The notes below the pieces were generated by a model. That model did no database searches. It had not been told where the DNA came from and saw only the letters and a list, made by a program, of their open reading frames with translations. DNA of 63,946 bases, counting the filler, from Reclinomonas americana ATCC 50394 (lineage: Eukaryota): NCBI GenBank assembly GCA_048213135.1. It is 5 parts of 3 records of this genome, joined end to end, with 100 filler letters (N's around TTAATTAATTAA, not from the genome) between each part and the next. Parts side by side here need not be neighbours in the genome. Positions count along the whole stretch, not along the records: positions 34,903 to 62,367 come from PS015317.1; positions 62,468 to 63,946 come from PS015339.1; 3 more parts are not named here. One strand, 5' to 3'. This document shows, one piece after another, positions 54,044 to 63,946 of the stretch (positions within the stretch are counted from its first letter, which is position 1; the number at the start of each line of letters is the position of its first letter). The position numbers were made by a program, and so were the translations under genes.

Positions 54044-57000
54044 AACCAAACGGCAATCAGAGGCATGATTGCAGCGACAGTGGGACAGAGAGTGAACGAA
54101 GTGACAACTGACGGTGATTAGAAGCTTTCCTGCAGCGAGAGCGAAAAGGGAATCTTCTTTTCTCACTCGTTCACTCTCCCACTCACTGTGTCTCTCCCGC
54201 TCATTATTTCTCTCCCTTTCACTCCTTTTCTTACACTCACTCATTCTCTTCTTCTCTCACTCACTCACTCTCTCACTCCTTCTTCTCTCTCTCACACTCA
54301 CTCACAGTTCTCTTTTCTCGCTCACTCTCTTACTCTCACTCGCGCTCACTTTCTCTTTCGCTCCTTTCACCAACTCCTTCTCTTCTATCACACTCACTAT
54401 CTCTCTCGCTCTCACTCTCGCTCACTCTTTCGCTCCTTGCACTCGCGCCTTCTTCTCCTCTCTCACACTCGCTCTCTCCCTCCCTTCGTCACTCTTTCCC
54501 AAGGGGTTGCAAGTGTTGATTGGTTGTGTCGCGCTGCAGATGCGGTGCAGGGAGTGCCACTGGGTCTCGTGTTTGGATCGGTGCCATACCTATTGCAGGC
54601 CAAGAGCTCGTACACGGACATTGGCATGTTTTCGTTTGCCACCTGGCCTTACGCGCTCAAACTGTTGTGGTCGCCGTTGGTGAGGATGATTCCCTGGGCT
54701 GGTTGATTCTCTCTCTCTCTCCTCCCCTCTATCCCTCTTTGGCTTCCCTCTCTCACTATCGTGTGTCAACTGCTCTCGACTTTTTTTCGTCTCCCTCCCC
54801 CGTTCAATCCCATTTCTTCCTCTTCGCTTCAGCGTCATCACTTGTTCTTGGTTTTCTTTTCATCCTCCACCTCGTATCTGTATCTCTCAATTCTTCCTCT
54901 GTCTTCTCTGACCTCCATGTCTTTCTCCTCTCCTGTCTTGCACTCTCTCAACGTCTGGTACCCCACCATTCTCCATCTCCTCCCCCTCTCCATTTCCTCC
55001 CCTTCTTCCCCAACTCCCCCTCGCCCTCTCCTCCTTCTCCCACCCTCCCCCTTTCCCTTTCTCTCGCCCTTCCCACCACATCCTCCTGCCCCATATCCTC
55101 GTCTCCTCCATCCCGTCTCCTCTTCCCTCACTCTCTCCCTCCTTTCCCTTCTCTAATCCCTTCTCCCTCCTCCTCCTTCTCCCTCCCTCACCCTTCCCCT
55201 CCCACCAGGTCGACCACTTCCACTGGCGCTCCGTGGGCCGCCGCCGCTCATGGATCATGCCCATCAACATGATCTCTGGCGCCCTCATGCTCTACGGCGG
55301 CGTCTATGCCGACGCGTTGCTGTCGCAGGAAACGCTGAACATCGCGCTCATCACGATGTATGCGTTTGTTCTGGTCACGCTCATGGCCACGCAAGACATT
55401 GCGGTGGATGGATGGGCGCTGACGCTGCTGTCGCGGAGACACGTGGGGCTGCAAGTTTCGTGGCGGAGGGAAAACGAAAAGGGGGAAAGAGTCGCCATAG
55501 TTACCCATTTTCGTTGCAGTCGACGGCGCAAACCCTCGGCATGTCGGTCGGCTTCTTCACCTCGTTCACTATCTTCTTGGCGCTGAGTTCGGTCGAGTTC
55601 TGCAACTCATTTTTGCGATCCACGCCGTCCACGGAGCCGTTGGTGACGCTCGGAGGCTATCTCCAGTTCTGGGGGGTGATTTATGTTTGTTTCACTATCC
55701 TGCTGGTGTTTGTGCGCGAGGACGTCAACCGCCAGTCGGTGGCATCGCAGCAGTCCAGTCTGCGCTACGTGTACACGCAGCTGTGGTCCATTGTCAAGTC
55801 CAAGAGTTGCGCTTATTTGTTGATTCAACCAAGATGCTGTATTGTGTGGACTGAACTGTCGAGTGCAGACACGCGGCGTTTGTTGCTCTTGCTCACCATT
55901 TGCAAGTTTGGCTTCACGGTCATTGACTCTGGTGAGTGTGGGTTGATGAGCGTCTTAGGAATTTCGACTCACGTCTCCCTATCCCCCCTCAAAGTGACCG
56001 GGCTGAAACTGGTCGAGCTCGGATTCCGTCGAGATCACCTCGCATTGGTTTCGTTTATCATCACATGTGCTGCTTTTTCATGATGAGAGGACTCACAACA
56101 CCTCCTTGCGTGCAGATTGTCACCTTGTGTTTCCCGTTCGAGTTCATTTTTGCGATTATCGCTGGTCGCATGGTGACCGTGTCCAGCAGCCCACTCGAGC
56201 CGGTGTGTTCAAATGTGCCACGTGGTCTCACTGCGTCACGGTTGTACTCACACCGTCTTTCGTACACAGTGGCTGAAGACGTATCAGTTCCGCATCGGTG
56301 AGTTTCTCTGCTGCAAGCGTGTGAACTGGCGATCAGAGTGTTCACTTGTGTTCGTGCTCCGCAGTGGTTGCCGGTCTCGGTTCGATGATGGTGGTATTCA
56401 TTCAGCTGTCGGATGGCGAGGAAGTTGGTGCTGGATCGCTTCTGCTTGTGCTCACCATGGTGCGTCTGCATTCCTTGCGTCGGTTCGAGTGGAGACGAAC
56501 GCTTACATGTCGTGCACGTGCAGTTTTTGTTATACTCGGTCGCTCGCAACGTGCAAGCTGTATCTCTGGTGAGTAGGGGAAGGGAAAGAAGAGTCGCAAC
56601 AAGAGCAAAGGAGAGAGTGAGGAGTCTTGAGGACACTTTCTCCTTGGGTGAGGAAGCAGAGGAGTTGGTAGGAGAAGGGAAGGAGAGTCTCAGCAAGAGC
56701 AAAGGAGAGAGTGAGGAGTCTTGAGGACACTTTCTTCTTGCGTGAGGACGCAGAGGAGCTGTGTTGCTGGTTGGTAGTGGAATGAGGAGAGAAGGAGAGA
56801 ATAAGAAGTCTTTTCGATCGTAGAGGAGCAATCTGCGTTTGCAGCCTGGCTATTGTCAACGAGAGAATGCGTCTTCAGAAGCGCTCTGACACTTCCCTCT
56901 CTCTGCCGCACACATAGAGTGCATACTTTTCTCGGGTCTCCGACATGGACATTGCTGGAACCCATATGACGCTGTTGAACACGGTCATTAACTTTGGCGG

Positions 57001-57850
57001 CATGTGGCCCTCGATGTTGGTGCTGCCGGCTGTCGATTGGCTCAGTGTGCGTCGGTGCTCCCTGTCAGGTGACCACGTCCGTCTGTGCCCCGCGCCTCTT
57101 CCCACCACTCTTCTCACCATGATGTTGTGCTTGCGGTAGGTGAATCGTGCAATGTGGAGCTGTCGGCGTCCGAATCGTGTGGCCGATGCAATGTGCGATT
57201 CGACGGCTACTACGGTAAGAATTGCTCATTCACGTTACCATCCACTCTCCACCTCTCAATCTCGTCGCCATCGCGCAGTGGTGGCCTTTCTGTGTTTTGC
57301 TGCGGGTATCGCGCTCTACTGGCCGATTGCCCGACTGTGCCGCATGCTGGGTCCACTCGGACCCGACGACTTCAAGAAGCCCGAGGTGGACATTGATGAC
57401 TTGCTGTCGTCTACGGCGCGGCCACTGCCACTCGCCACCTCCACCGCTTGTGCCGGCAGCGTGCAAATGGATCCGTCACCACTGCCATTGGCGCGCACCA
57501 TGCACGTCAGCGAGGCGGGTGTTTTTGTGGAGATACTCGACGGTGGCGACAGCGGCGACGACGACCATGTTCATCCGCCGCCGCCGCCGTTGGAGAATGC
57601 GCGCACGAATGGCAGTGCGCATGCGCATGCCGACGACGATATCGAGGAGGAGGAGGATGGCGACGACACCACGGCACTCCTGCCCGTCCGCACTCCGTCG
57701 GCGGCCTCGGCATCGCTCCTGCGGCGATCGTCATCGCTGGTCGTGTCAGCGAGTGCTGTGCCGACAACCGCCACTGCGGCGGCAGTTGCGCACTCGGCCG
57801 GCTCGCCCCGCCGTGCTGATGCTGTCAGTCCGCCGACGGCGCTCAGGTAG
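53089..57850 (+). CDS. SLC33A1: Acetyl-CoA transporter 1 (MFS, AT-1)
   Basis: LLCFL|YAVQGVPLGL, FSFATWPYALKLLWSPL|VD, GRRRSWIMP, ATQDIAVDGWALTLLS, AQTLGMSVGFF, TGLKLVELGF, SDMDIAGTHMTLLNTVINFGGMWP, DGYY. Confidence 0.93.
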
Positions 57851-59518
57851 CTCCCAGTAAACCAATAGATTGTGGACCGTCTCGATCGCACAGAAACGTC
57901 ATTACGCGCGCCTCCTCGACCACAAAGCACCGCAGCACCAGTTGCGGTAGCGACTCCGCTGGATACTCGTCGTCATCACCGCCCTCCCCCGGCACCTCCT
58001 CCAAGTCGTTCACANNNNNNNNNNNNNNNNNNNNNNNNNNNNNNNNNNNNNNNNGCCTCCAGTGCCATCTCGGCCGCCCCATACTCGCCACGCATGTAAC
58101 TCTGCACCACACCTGCATGTGCACTCGTGAGGAACGTGCAAGACAGCAACGGACTCCATTGCTGTCTTGGTCATACAAACCCGGCCACAGGCGCAACGTG
58201 CCGTCGACTGCACACGACAGAATGTTGCCGGTCTCGAGAAACACCGCCGAGCGAATCGCATTGGCATGCCCCTCGTACACGGCAAGCCGCAGCCCCGGCG
58301 TACGCATGTGCCACACGCACATGGTTTTGTCTGCGACGCTGGAGTTAAGACAAATGACAGAGAAGAAAAGCCGTGCTCCTTGCCNNNNNNNNNNNNNNNN
58401 NNNNNNNNNNNNNNNNNNNNNNNNNNNNNNNNNNNNNNNNNNNNNNNNNNNNNNNNNNNNNNNNNNNNNNNNNNNNNNNNNNNNNNNNNNNNNNNNNNNN
58501 NNNNNNNNNNNNNNNNNNNNNNNNNNNNNNNNNNNNNNNNNNNNNNNNNNNNNNNNNNNNNNNNNNNNNNNNNNNNNNNNNNNNNNNNNNNNNNNNNNNN
58601 NNNNNNNNNNNNNNNNNNNNNNNNNNNNNNNNNNNNNNNNNNNNNNNNNNNNNNNNNNNNNNNNNNNNNNNNNNNNNNNNNNNNNNNNNNNNNNNNNNNN
58701 NACACACACACACCGTGTGACGCGCTGAGCAGAAACTCCTCGTCGTCCGACACGCACAGACTCGACACGCACAACCGGTGACCACACAGCTCATCAAAGC
58801 CAACAAAGGCCCGTCGATGCGGCATGCCGGGGTTGGGAACAACAGCAATGCGCCCATCGACACAACCACAAAAGAGCAGGCGATCGCGCGCAACATAGGC
58901 CAACGAGCGCACCGAGTCCTGCATCGCACGCAGCGTCACCGCCTGTATAGGCTGTGCGTCCCCTGCTGGCCACAGACACACTGTTTCGTCGGCAGATCCA
59001 CTGGCCAACCACTCATCGCCGACCAGCGCCAGTGCATTCACCGCGCCCGTGTGCCCGCGCAACTCGCGCAGCACTTGTCCATCTGCAGCATCCCACACAC
59101 AGATGCGCCTGTCGACTGACGCGCTAAACACTGCACGACCATCGCTGCTCATGGCCACCGCCATCACACCATCATCGTGTCCACTGGCACGCCACGCGAG
59201 GCTGACCTGCTCACTCGACTCATCCAGTGTCCACATGCACACTGGTCGCTCACCCGGATGCTTCCCTCCAAAGCCGCACACGAGCTTGGTGTGATCCACA
59301 GGGGAGAATGTGAGGCAGGTGATGGCTCCGAGGGTGGTGGCGTGCGAGAAGAGCAGGCGATGCATGCCTAGTGTGAGTGTGAACACGCGCAGAGTGCCGT
59401 CAAAGGAACCACTGGCGATCCACTGTGGAAGGCGGCGAGTGGGCGACACGGCGAGCTGGTTGACGGTGGCGGGGTGCTCGCCGACGCGAAAGAGCTCTTG
59501 GTGGATGCGGAGGGGCAT
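57843..59518 (-). CDS. WD40 protein A with C-terminal LVLRCF module
   Basis: GH...WD-type repeats (SGSFDGTLRVF, SASVDRRICVWD, SGSADETVCLW, SCAVDGTLRLW). Tail YMRGEYGAAEMALEAVNDLEE...ESLPQLVLRCFVVEEARV. Confidence 0.85.
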
Positions 59519-59553
59519 GTGTGTGAAAAGGATAGAAGGACGGAGGACAACTC

Positions 59554-61650
59554 TCATTCATTGGAGGACACTGCCCATCGGTATGCCCACGCTCGTGCAT
59601 CTTCCTCAATGAAGCATCGCAGCACGAGCGATGGCAGAGGTTCTGCGGCAAAGTCGTCGTCGTCATTGTCTGCCTCGACTTTGATATCCTGCACAGCGTT
59701 GCGGGCATGCAGAATGGCCGCGATGTCTTGGCGTGCACAGGTGACAGGATTCCACTTGCCTGCGTGCGTGTTTTTTTGGTGAGGGGCGGGGTGCGTGAGA
59801 GATGATGAAGGAGGAGAGTACCGGCGGCCCACATCACCGCCGTGGTGTCGTTGGAGCCGCTGATCACGCGACCGTCGCGCAGCACGGCGAGTGTGTTGAC
59901 GCGAAGGCGGTGGCCGGTGATCTGGGCGCACAACTCTCCGCTGGCGTATTCGCGCACGTAGATGATGCGGTCTGTGGGAAGGAAAAGGGAGAATGGGCGA
60001 AGGTGGATGAGGGGGAAGGAGAGGGGAATGAGGGGAAGGGGAAGGGGGAAGGGGGAAAGGAGAAGGGGGAAAGGAGAAGGGGAANNNNNNNNNNNNNNNN
60101 NNNNNNNNNNNNNNNNNNNNNNNNNNNNNNNNNNNNNNNNNNNNNNNNNNNNNNNNNNNNNNNNNNNNNNNNNNNNNNNNNNNNNNNNNNNNNNNNNNNN
60201 NNNNNNNNNNNNNNNNNNNNNNNNNNNNNNNNNNNNNNNNNNNNNNNNNNNNNNNNNNNNNNNNNNNNNNNNNNNNNNNNNNNNNNNNNNNNNNNNNNNN
60301 NNNNNNNNNNNNNNNNNNNNNNNNNNNNNNNNNNNNNNNNNNNNNNNNNNNNNNNNNNNNNNNNNNNNNNNNNNNNNNNNNNNNNNNNNNNNNNNNNNNN
60401 NNNNNNNNNNNNNNNNNNNNNNNNNNNNNNNNNNNNNNNNNNNNNNNNNNNNNNGGAAAGGAGGAAGGAAAAGGGGGAAAGAACAGGGGGAAGGAACAGG
60501 GCGAAGGAGAAGGGGGAAGGAGAAGTGGGAGTGGCAAAGGGAAGTGGGAAAGCTGAGAGGCAATGTTGAAGGAGTGGGGATACAGGATGTGGGAAGAAGG
60601 AAAGGATGAAGCATTCAGTGAACAAACAGGAAGTGAGGAAAGCAGGAACATGGGAATGACTGACGAAAGAAGACAAACATGTAAACACAGATAATGAGAA
60701 TTAGAGACGTCGAAAGCAGCGGACGAAGAAGGGCAAGCGAAGTGGGAAATGAGAAGAACGCCGAGACAAGCCCTGCGAACGAGAAACTCTTTCTCTCTCT
60801 CTTGACCTTTGACCTTGGGACAGAGAGAGCATCTTGTCACCCTCACGCCACGCAATGAAGAGGAAATTGGGAATCCGAAAGAAGCATGACGAGAATTCCC
60901 ACTCTCCGCCATCCACCACTCACCATTCGACGCCACAAACACGTACTTCCCACACGGCGAGAAGACCAGCGCGGTGATTGTACCGACCACAGAGTCGTGC
61001 ATGGCAACCCACGAGCGCGTCAAGAAATTCTCCGCATGCGACCACACCCACACAGCACCATAACAGTCGCCAAACAAAATCTCCCGCTCATCGCTACTCC
61101 ACGTCACCGCACCGGTGCCAGACTGACCCAAACGAGGCGAGCTGACCCGCGCACCCGTTTCTGTATCGTATACATGCGCAATATCGGCGCGCTCACCGGC
61201 GCACACGAGCAGCTTGCCGTCTCGCGACAGCGCCAACCCTCCAGGACCCACATTCGTCGTTGCCAATGTGCGCAAGCACTCTCCACTGCTCACGTCCCAC
61301 GTGCACACGCGATAGTCCGATGATCCCGAGTACAGGAGACGTCCGTCGGGCGAGAACACCACAGCATTCACCGCACCGTCATGCACACGTCCACACCACA
61401 CCAGAGGGCTTTCCCTCCACTCCTCGTCCTCCTCCCCCTCCTCCTTCATGTCTTCCGCTGGAGGACATCGCCATAGAATGACCACACAGTTGCCTTGAAT
61501 GATACCGCCACTGGCCAACACCGATGAGTCTGCTGGAGAAAACGCGACCGACACCACCGAGCGAACGTGTCCCTCCAGCACGTGCAGCAAGTCGCCGCTC
61601 TCCACATCGAATACGCGGACGAGGTAGTCGCCACAGGCGGTGGCCAGGAG
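59554..61650 (-). CDS. WD40 protein B with C-terminal LVLRCF module; 5' exon(s) not located
   Basis: LEGHVRSVVSVAFSP, HDGAVNAVVFSPDGRLLYSGSSDYRVCTWD, GHRLRVNTLAVLRDGRVISGSNDTTAVMW. Tail ARQDIAAILHARNAVQDIKVE...EPLPSLVLRCFIEEDARA. Confidence 0.85.
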   Translation of the reverse strand, partial: LLATACGDYLVRVFDVESGDLLHVLEGHVRSVVSVAFSPADSSVLASGGIIQGNCVVILWRCPPAEDMKEEGEEDEEWRESPLVWCGRVHDGAVNAVVFSPDGRLLYSGSSDYRVCTWDVSSGECLRTLATTNVGPGGLALSRDGKLLVCAGERADIAHVYDTETGARVSSPRLGQSGTGAVTWSSDEREILFGDCYGAVWVWSHAENFLTRSWVAMHDSVVGTITALVFSPCGKYVFVASNGEWWMAESGNSRHASFGFPISSSLRGVRVTRCSLCPKVKGQEREKEFLVRRACLGVLLISHFACPSSSAAFDVSNSHYLCLHVCLLSSVIPMFLLSSLPVCSLNASSFPSSHILYPHSFNIASQLSHFPLPLPLLLPPSPSPCSFPLFFPPFPSSFXXXXXXXXXXXXXXXXXXXXXXXXXXXXXXXXXXXXXXXXXXXXXXXXXXXXXXXXXXXXXXXXXXXXXXXXXXXXXXXXXXXXXXXXXXXXXXXXXXXXXXXXXXXXXXXXXXXXXXXXXXXXFPFSFPPSPFPLPPSPSPHSPLLPPHPPSPILPFPSHRPHHLRARIRQRRVVRPDHRPPPSRQHTRRAARRSRDQRLQRHHGGDVGRRYSPPSSSLTHPAPHQKNTHAGKWNPVTCARQDIAAILHARNAVQDIKVEADNDDDDFAAEPLPSLVLRCFIEEDARAWAYRWAVSSNE

Positions 61651-61675
61651 CTGGGGTGGAAGGAGGGAAGGAGGA

Positions 61676-61714
<39 letters not shown>

Positions 61715-61750
61715 AGAGAGAGAGAGAGAGNNNNNNNNNNNNNNNNNNNN

Positions 61751-61828
<78 letters not shown>

Positions 61829-62367
61829 AGAGTGAGAGAAGAAAAGAGAATGAGAACAGCAAGAGAAAGCTGAGCGTGGATACAGGGAGCTTGCAGGAGA
61901 GAGGCAAGTGGAGAGACAGAGTAGAAAGAGAGAGTGAGAGAAGAAAGGAGAATGGGAACAGCAAGAGAAAGCTGAGCGTGGATACAAGGAGCATACAAGA
62001 AAGAGCAACCTTGCACTGTCTGAGCTGCCCGGGGACCAAGAGAGAGAAGTGAGAGCGAGAGAAAGAAAGAGAGAGAGAGAGTAATTATAAGAGAAACACG
62101 AGAGTGAAGAGAAAGAGAAAAGAGAGCTAACGAGAGAAAGCACAGTGTGGATACAAGGGACATGCAAGAAAGAGCAACCTGGCACTGTGCGAGCTGCCCA
62201 AGAAGAGAGAACAGTGAGAGAAGTGAGAGTGAGAGAGAGAGAGAAGAGAGTGAAGAGAGTGAAGACAGAGAGAGAGAGAGAGAGTGTGTGAGAGAGAGAG
62301 AGAGAGAGCAGATGAATAGAATGTTAGAACATAACGAAAGGAACATGACAAGAGAGACGAACCGTGG

Positions 62368-62467
62368 NNNNNNNNNNNNNNNNNNNNNNNNNNNNNNNNN
62401 NNNNNNNNNNNTTAATTAATTAANNNNNNNNNNNNNNNNNNNNNNNNNNNNNNNNNNNNNNNNNNNN
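62368..62467. other. Artificial contig-join spacer
   Basis: TTAATTAATTAA at 62412-62423 flanked by N runs. Confidence 0.95.
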
Positions 62468-62825
62468 GGGGAAGGAGAGAGAGAAGGGAGAGGATGGAGA
62501 GGGAGAGGAAGGGAGAAGGGAGAGGGAGAGGAAGGGAGACAGAGAACGTGTGTGCTCGATCGCGTGTTCTGCGTACTTGCGTGTGAATGTGTCCTCATGT
62601 TGGAGGACGATTGATTGCTCCGTGGTCGAAGTTCGTGAAGGGTTTGTGGTCAATCTCAACTCCGTAGCGTGCACCCAGAACGTGTGCTTTGCCCTGCACA
62701 CCTCGACTCAACAGAGGTCCACCCCAGCTGCACGAATTGACATTCATACATTACGAGTCATCACAACAGAAAAGGACAAGAACACAACATTCTCTCAACC
62801 CTTATCCCTCGCCTTCTCCTCAAAG

Positions 62826-63917
62826 TCACAGACGATGGCTGCTGTCCGGAAAGCATCGATGCATGACGACCTCAGCCTCCTCGACCACGAAACAACGCAG
62901 CACGATCTCCACCAAACAGCGCGGATCTGGATCGGCTTCCCCTTTACCCTCCTCTCGCTGCAGCTCCTGCACTGCTTGCATGGCCGACTGCGCGCATCTG
63001 ACCTCCTGTTGCGCGAGGCCGTAAGGTGTGGACCACACGCGCACAGTCTTATCCACAGATCCGCTCACGATGTGCTGACCGTCGGGAGAGACGACGACAG
63101 CGAACAGGCTTCTAGTGTGCCCCTCCAGCCGCCGCACTTCCTCGCCACTCGCCATGGACCACACTCGCACGGTCTTGTCCCAACTACCACTCACCACGTG
63201 GCGACCATCGGGAGTGACGGCGACAGACATAACCATATGCGCGTGACCCACTATTTGTCGCAATTCCTCGCCGCTCTCCACGCACCACACTCGAACCGTC
63301 CCGTCCCAGCTCCCGCTCACCACGTGCCGACCGTCGGGAGTGACTGCGACAGAGGCCACGGCTGCCGAGTGTCGGTCCCACCGTTGCAGTTGTTCTCCAC
63401 TCGCCAGCGACCACACGCACACTGTATTGTCCGCACTCCCACTGACAACATGCTGACCGTCAGGAGCAAAGGCAACAGAGTACACGGCACGAGTGTGCCC
63501 CTCCAGCCATTGCACTGTCTCGCCGCTCGCCAGCGACCACACTCGCACACTCTTGTCGTCGCTCCCACTCACAATGAACTGACCATCCGGAGAGACGGCA
63601 ACGCAACGCACTGAAGATTTGTCTATCTTCAACCGCTGCACCTCCTCGCCACTCGCCAGTGACCACACACGCACAGTACCATCAACCGCTCCACTCACAA
63701 TGTGCTCACTGTCGGGAGTGACGGCGACGGCTTTCAGCCTACTTGTGTGTCCCTGCAAATGCAACACCTGCTCTCCACTCGCCACAGACCACACTCGCAC
63801 GCTGCATCCACTCGCAGACACCACATGTTGACCAGTGGGAGTGACTGCGACGGAATAGACGGTGTCGGGGTGTCCATGCAGGCATCGTGAAGGGAGAGAT
63901 GGAGGCGCAACGGACAT
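62826..63917 (-). CDS. Intronless 7-bladed WD40 protein C with highly similar repeats and C-terminal IVLRCF module
   Basis: Single 363-aa ORF with seven ~42-aa repeats (GH..V.SVAV[TS]PDG.H[IV]VSGS.D.TVRVW). Tail AQQEVRCAQSAMQAVQELQ...CLVEIVLRCFVVEEAEV. Confidence 0.92.
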   Translation of the reverse strand: MSVAPPSLPSRCLHGHPDTVYSVAVTPTGQHVVSASGCSVRVWSVASGEQVLHLQGHTSRLKAVAVTPDSEHIVSGAVDGTVRVWSLASGEEVQRLKIDKSSVRCVAVSPDGQFIVSGSDDKSVRVWSLASGETVQWLEGHTRAVYSVAFAPDGQHVVSGSADNTVCVWSLASGEQLQRWDRHSAAVASVAVTPDGRHVVSGSWDGTVRVWCVESGEELRQIVGHAHMVMSVAVTPDGRHVVSGSWDKTVRVWSMASGEEVRRLEGHTRSLFAVVVSPDGQHIVSGSVDKTVRVWSTPYGLAQQEVRCAQSAMQAVQELQREEGKGEADPDPRCLVEIVLRCFVVEEAEVVMHRCFPDSSHRL

Positions 63918-63946
63918 GAGGTGTGAGTGTGTGTGTGTGAGAGAGA

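Noticed and set aside
58015..58054. Apparent frameshift (pseudogene) in the WD40-A tail
   Set aside because: Removing the 40 Ns joins GAG GC|T GTG in frame and restores the family motif, so this is a gap-size artefact.

Overview
Draft-assembly window from a gene-dense, intron-rich unicellular eukaryote. It uses the standard code, with TAA, TAG and TGA all seen as stops; the species cannot be identified from sequence. Manual exon stitching gives about 17 genes whose blocks alternate in strand: a beta-propeller fragment (+), MSH5 (-), VPS52 (+), mitochondrial IF3 (-), a PH + PsbP/Mog1-like protein (+), a KCTD-type BTB protein (-), a small micro-exon gene and a duplicated DUF3147-like membrane protein (+), a class I methyltransferase and an SH3-type DOCK GEF (-), a possible MAP10-like protein and coilin (+), an SxIP coiled-coil protein (-), SLC33A1/AT-1 (+), and three tandem WD40 genes (-). 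Intergenic spacers are tiny: 35 nt head-to-tail, 69 and 92 nt head-to-head, 12 nt or an 8-nt overlap tail-to-tail. Many introns are inflated by microsatellites and private tandem duplications. The best candidate for a new system is the WD40 trio. Their propellers are divergent, but all three share a C-terminal module I do not recognise (A..AV.[DE][LI]-acidic linker-L[PV].[LI]VLRCF[VI].E[ED]A) that resembles an F-box/BC-box cullin-adaptor motif. One member is intronless, with near-identical repeats that vary mainly at top-face positions. Other points are complementary microsatellites at opposite intron ends, frequent GTTGCG donors, and a perfect 16-bp inverted repeat flanking a 69-bp bidirectional promoter. 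Four artificial N44-TTAATTAATTAA-N44 linkers and many N gaps hide coding exons. All family assignments come from recognising motifs by eye, not from database searches.
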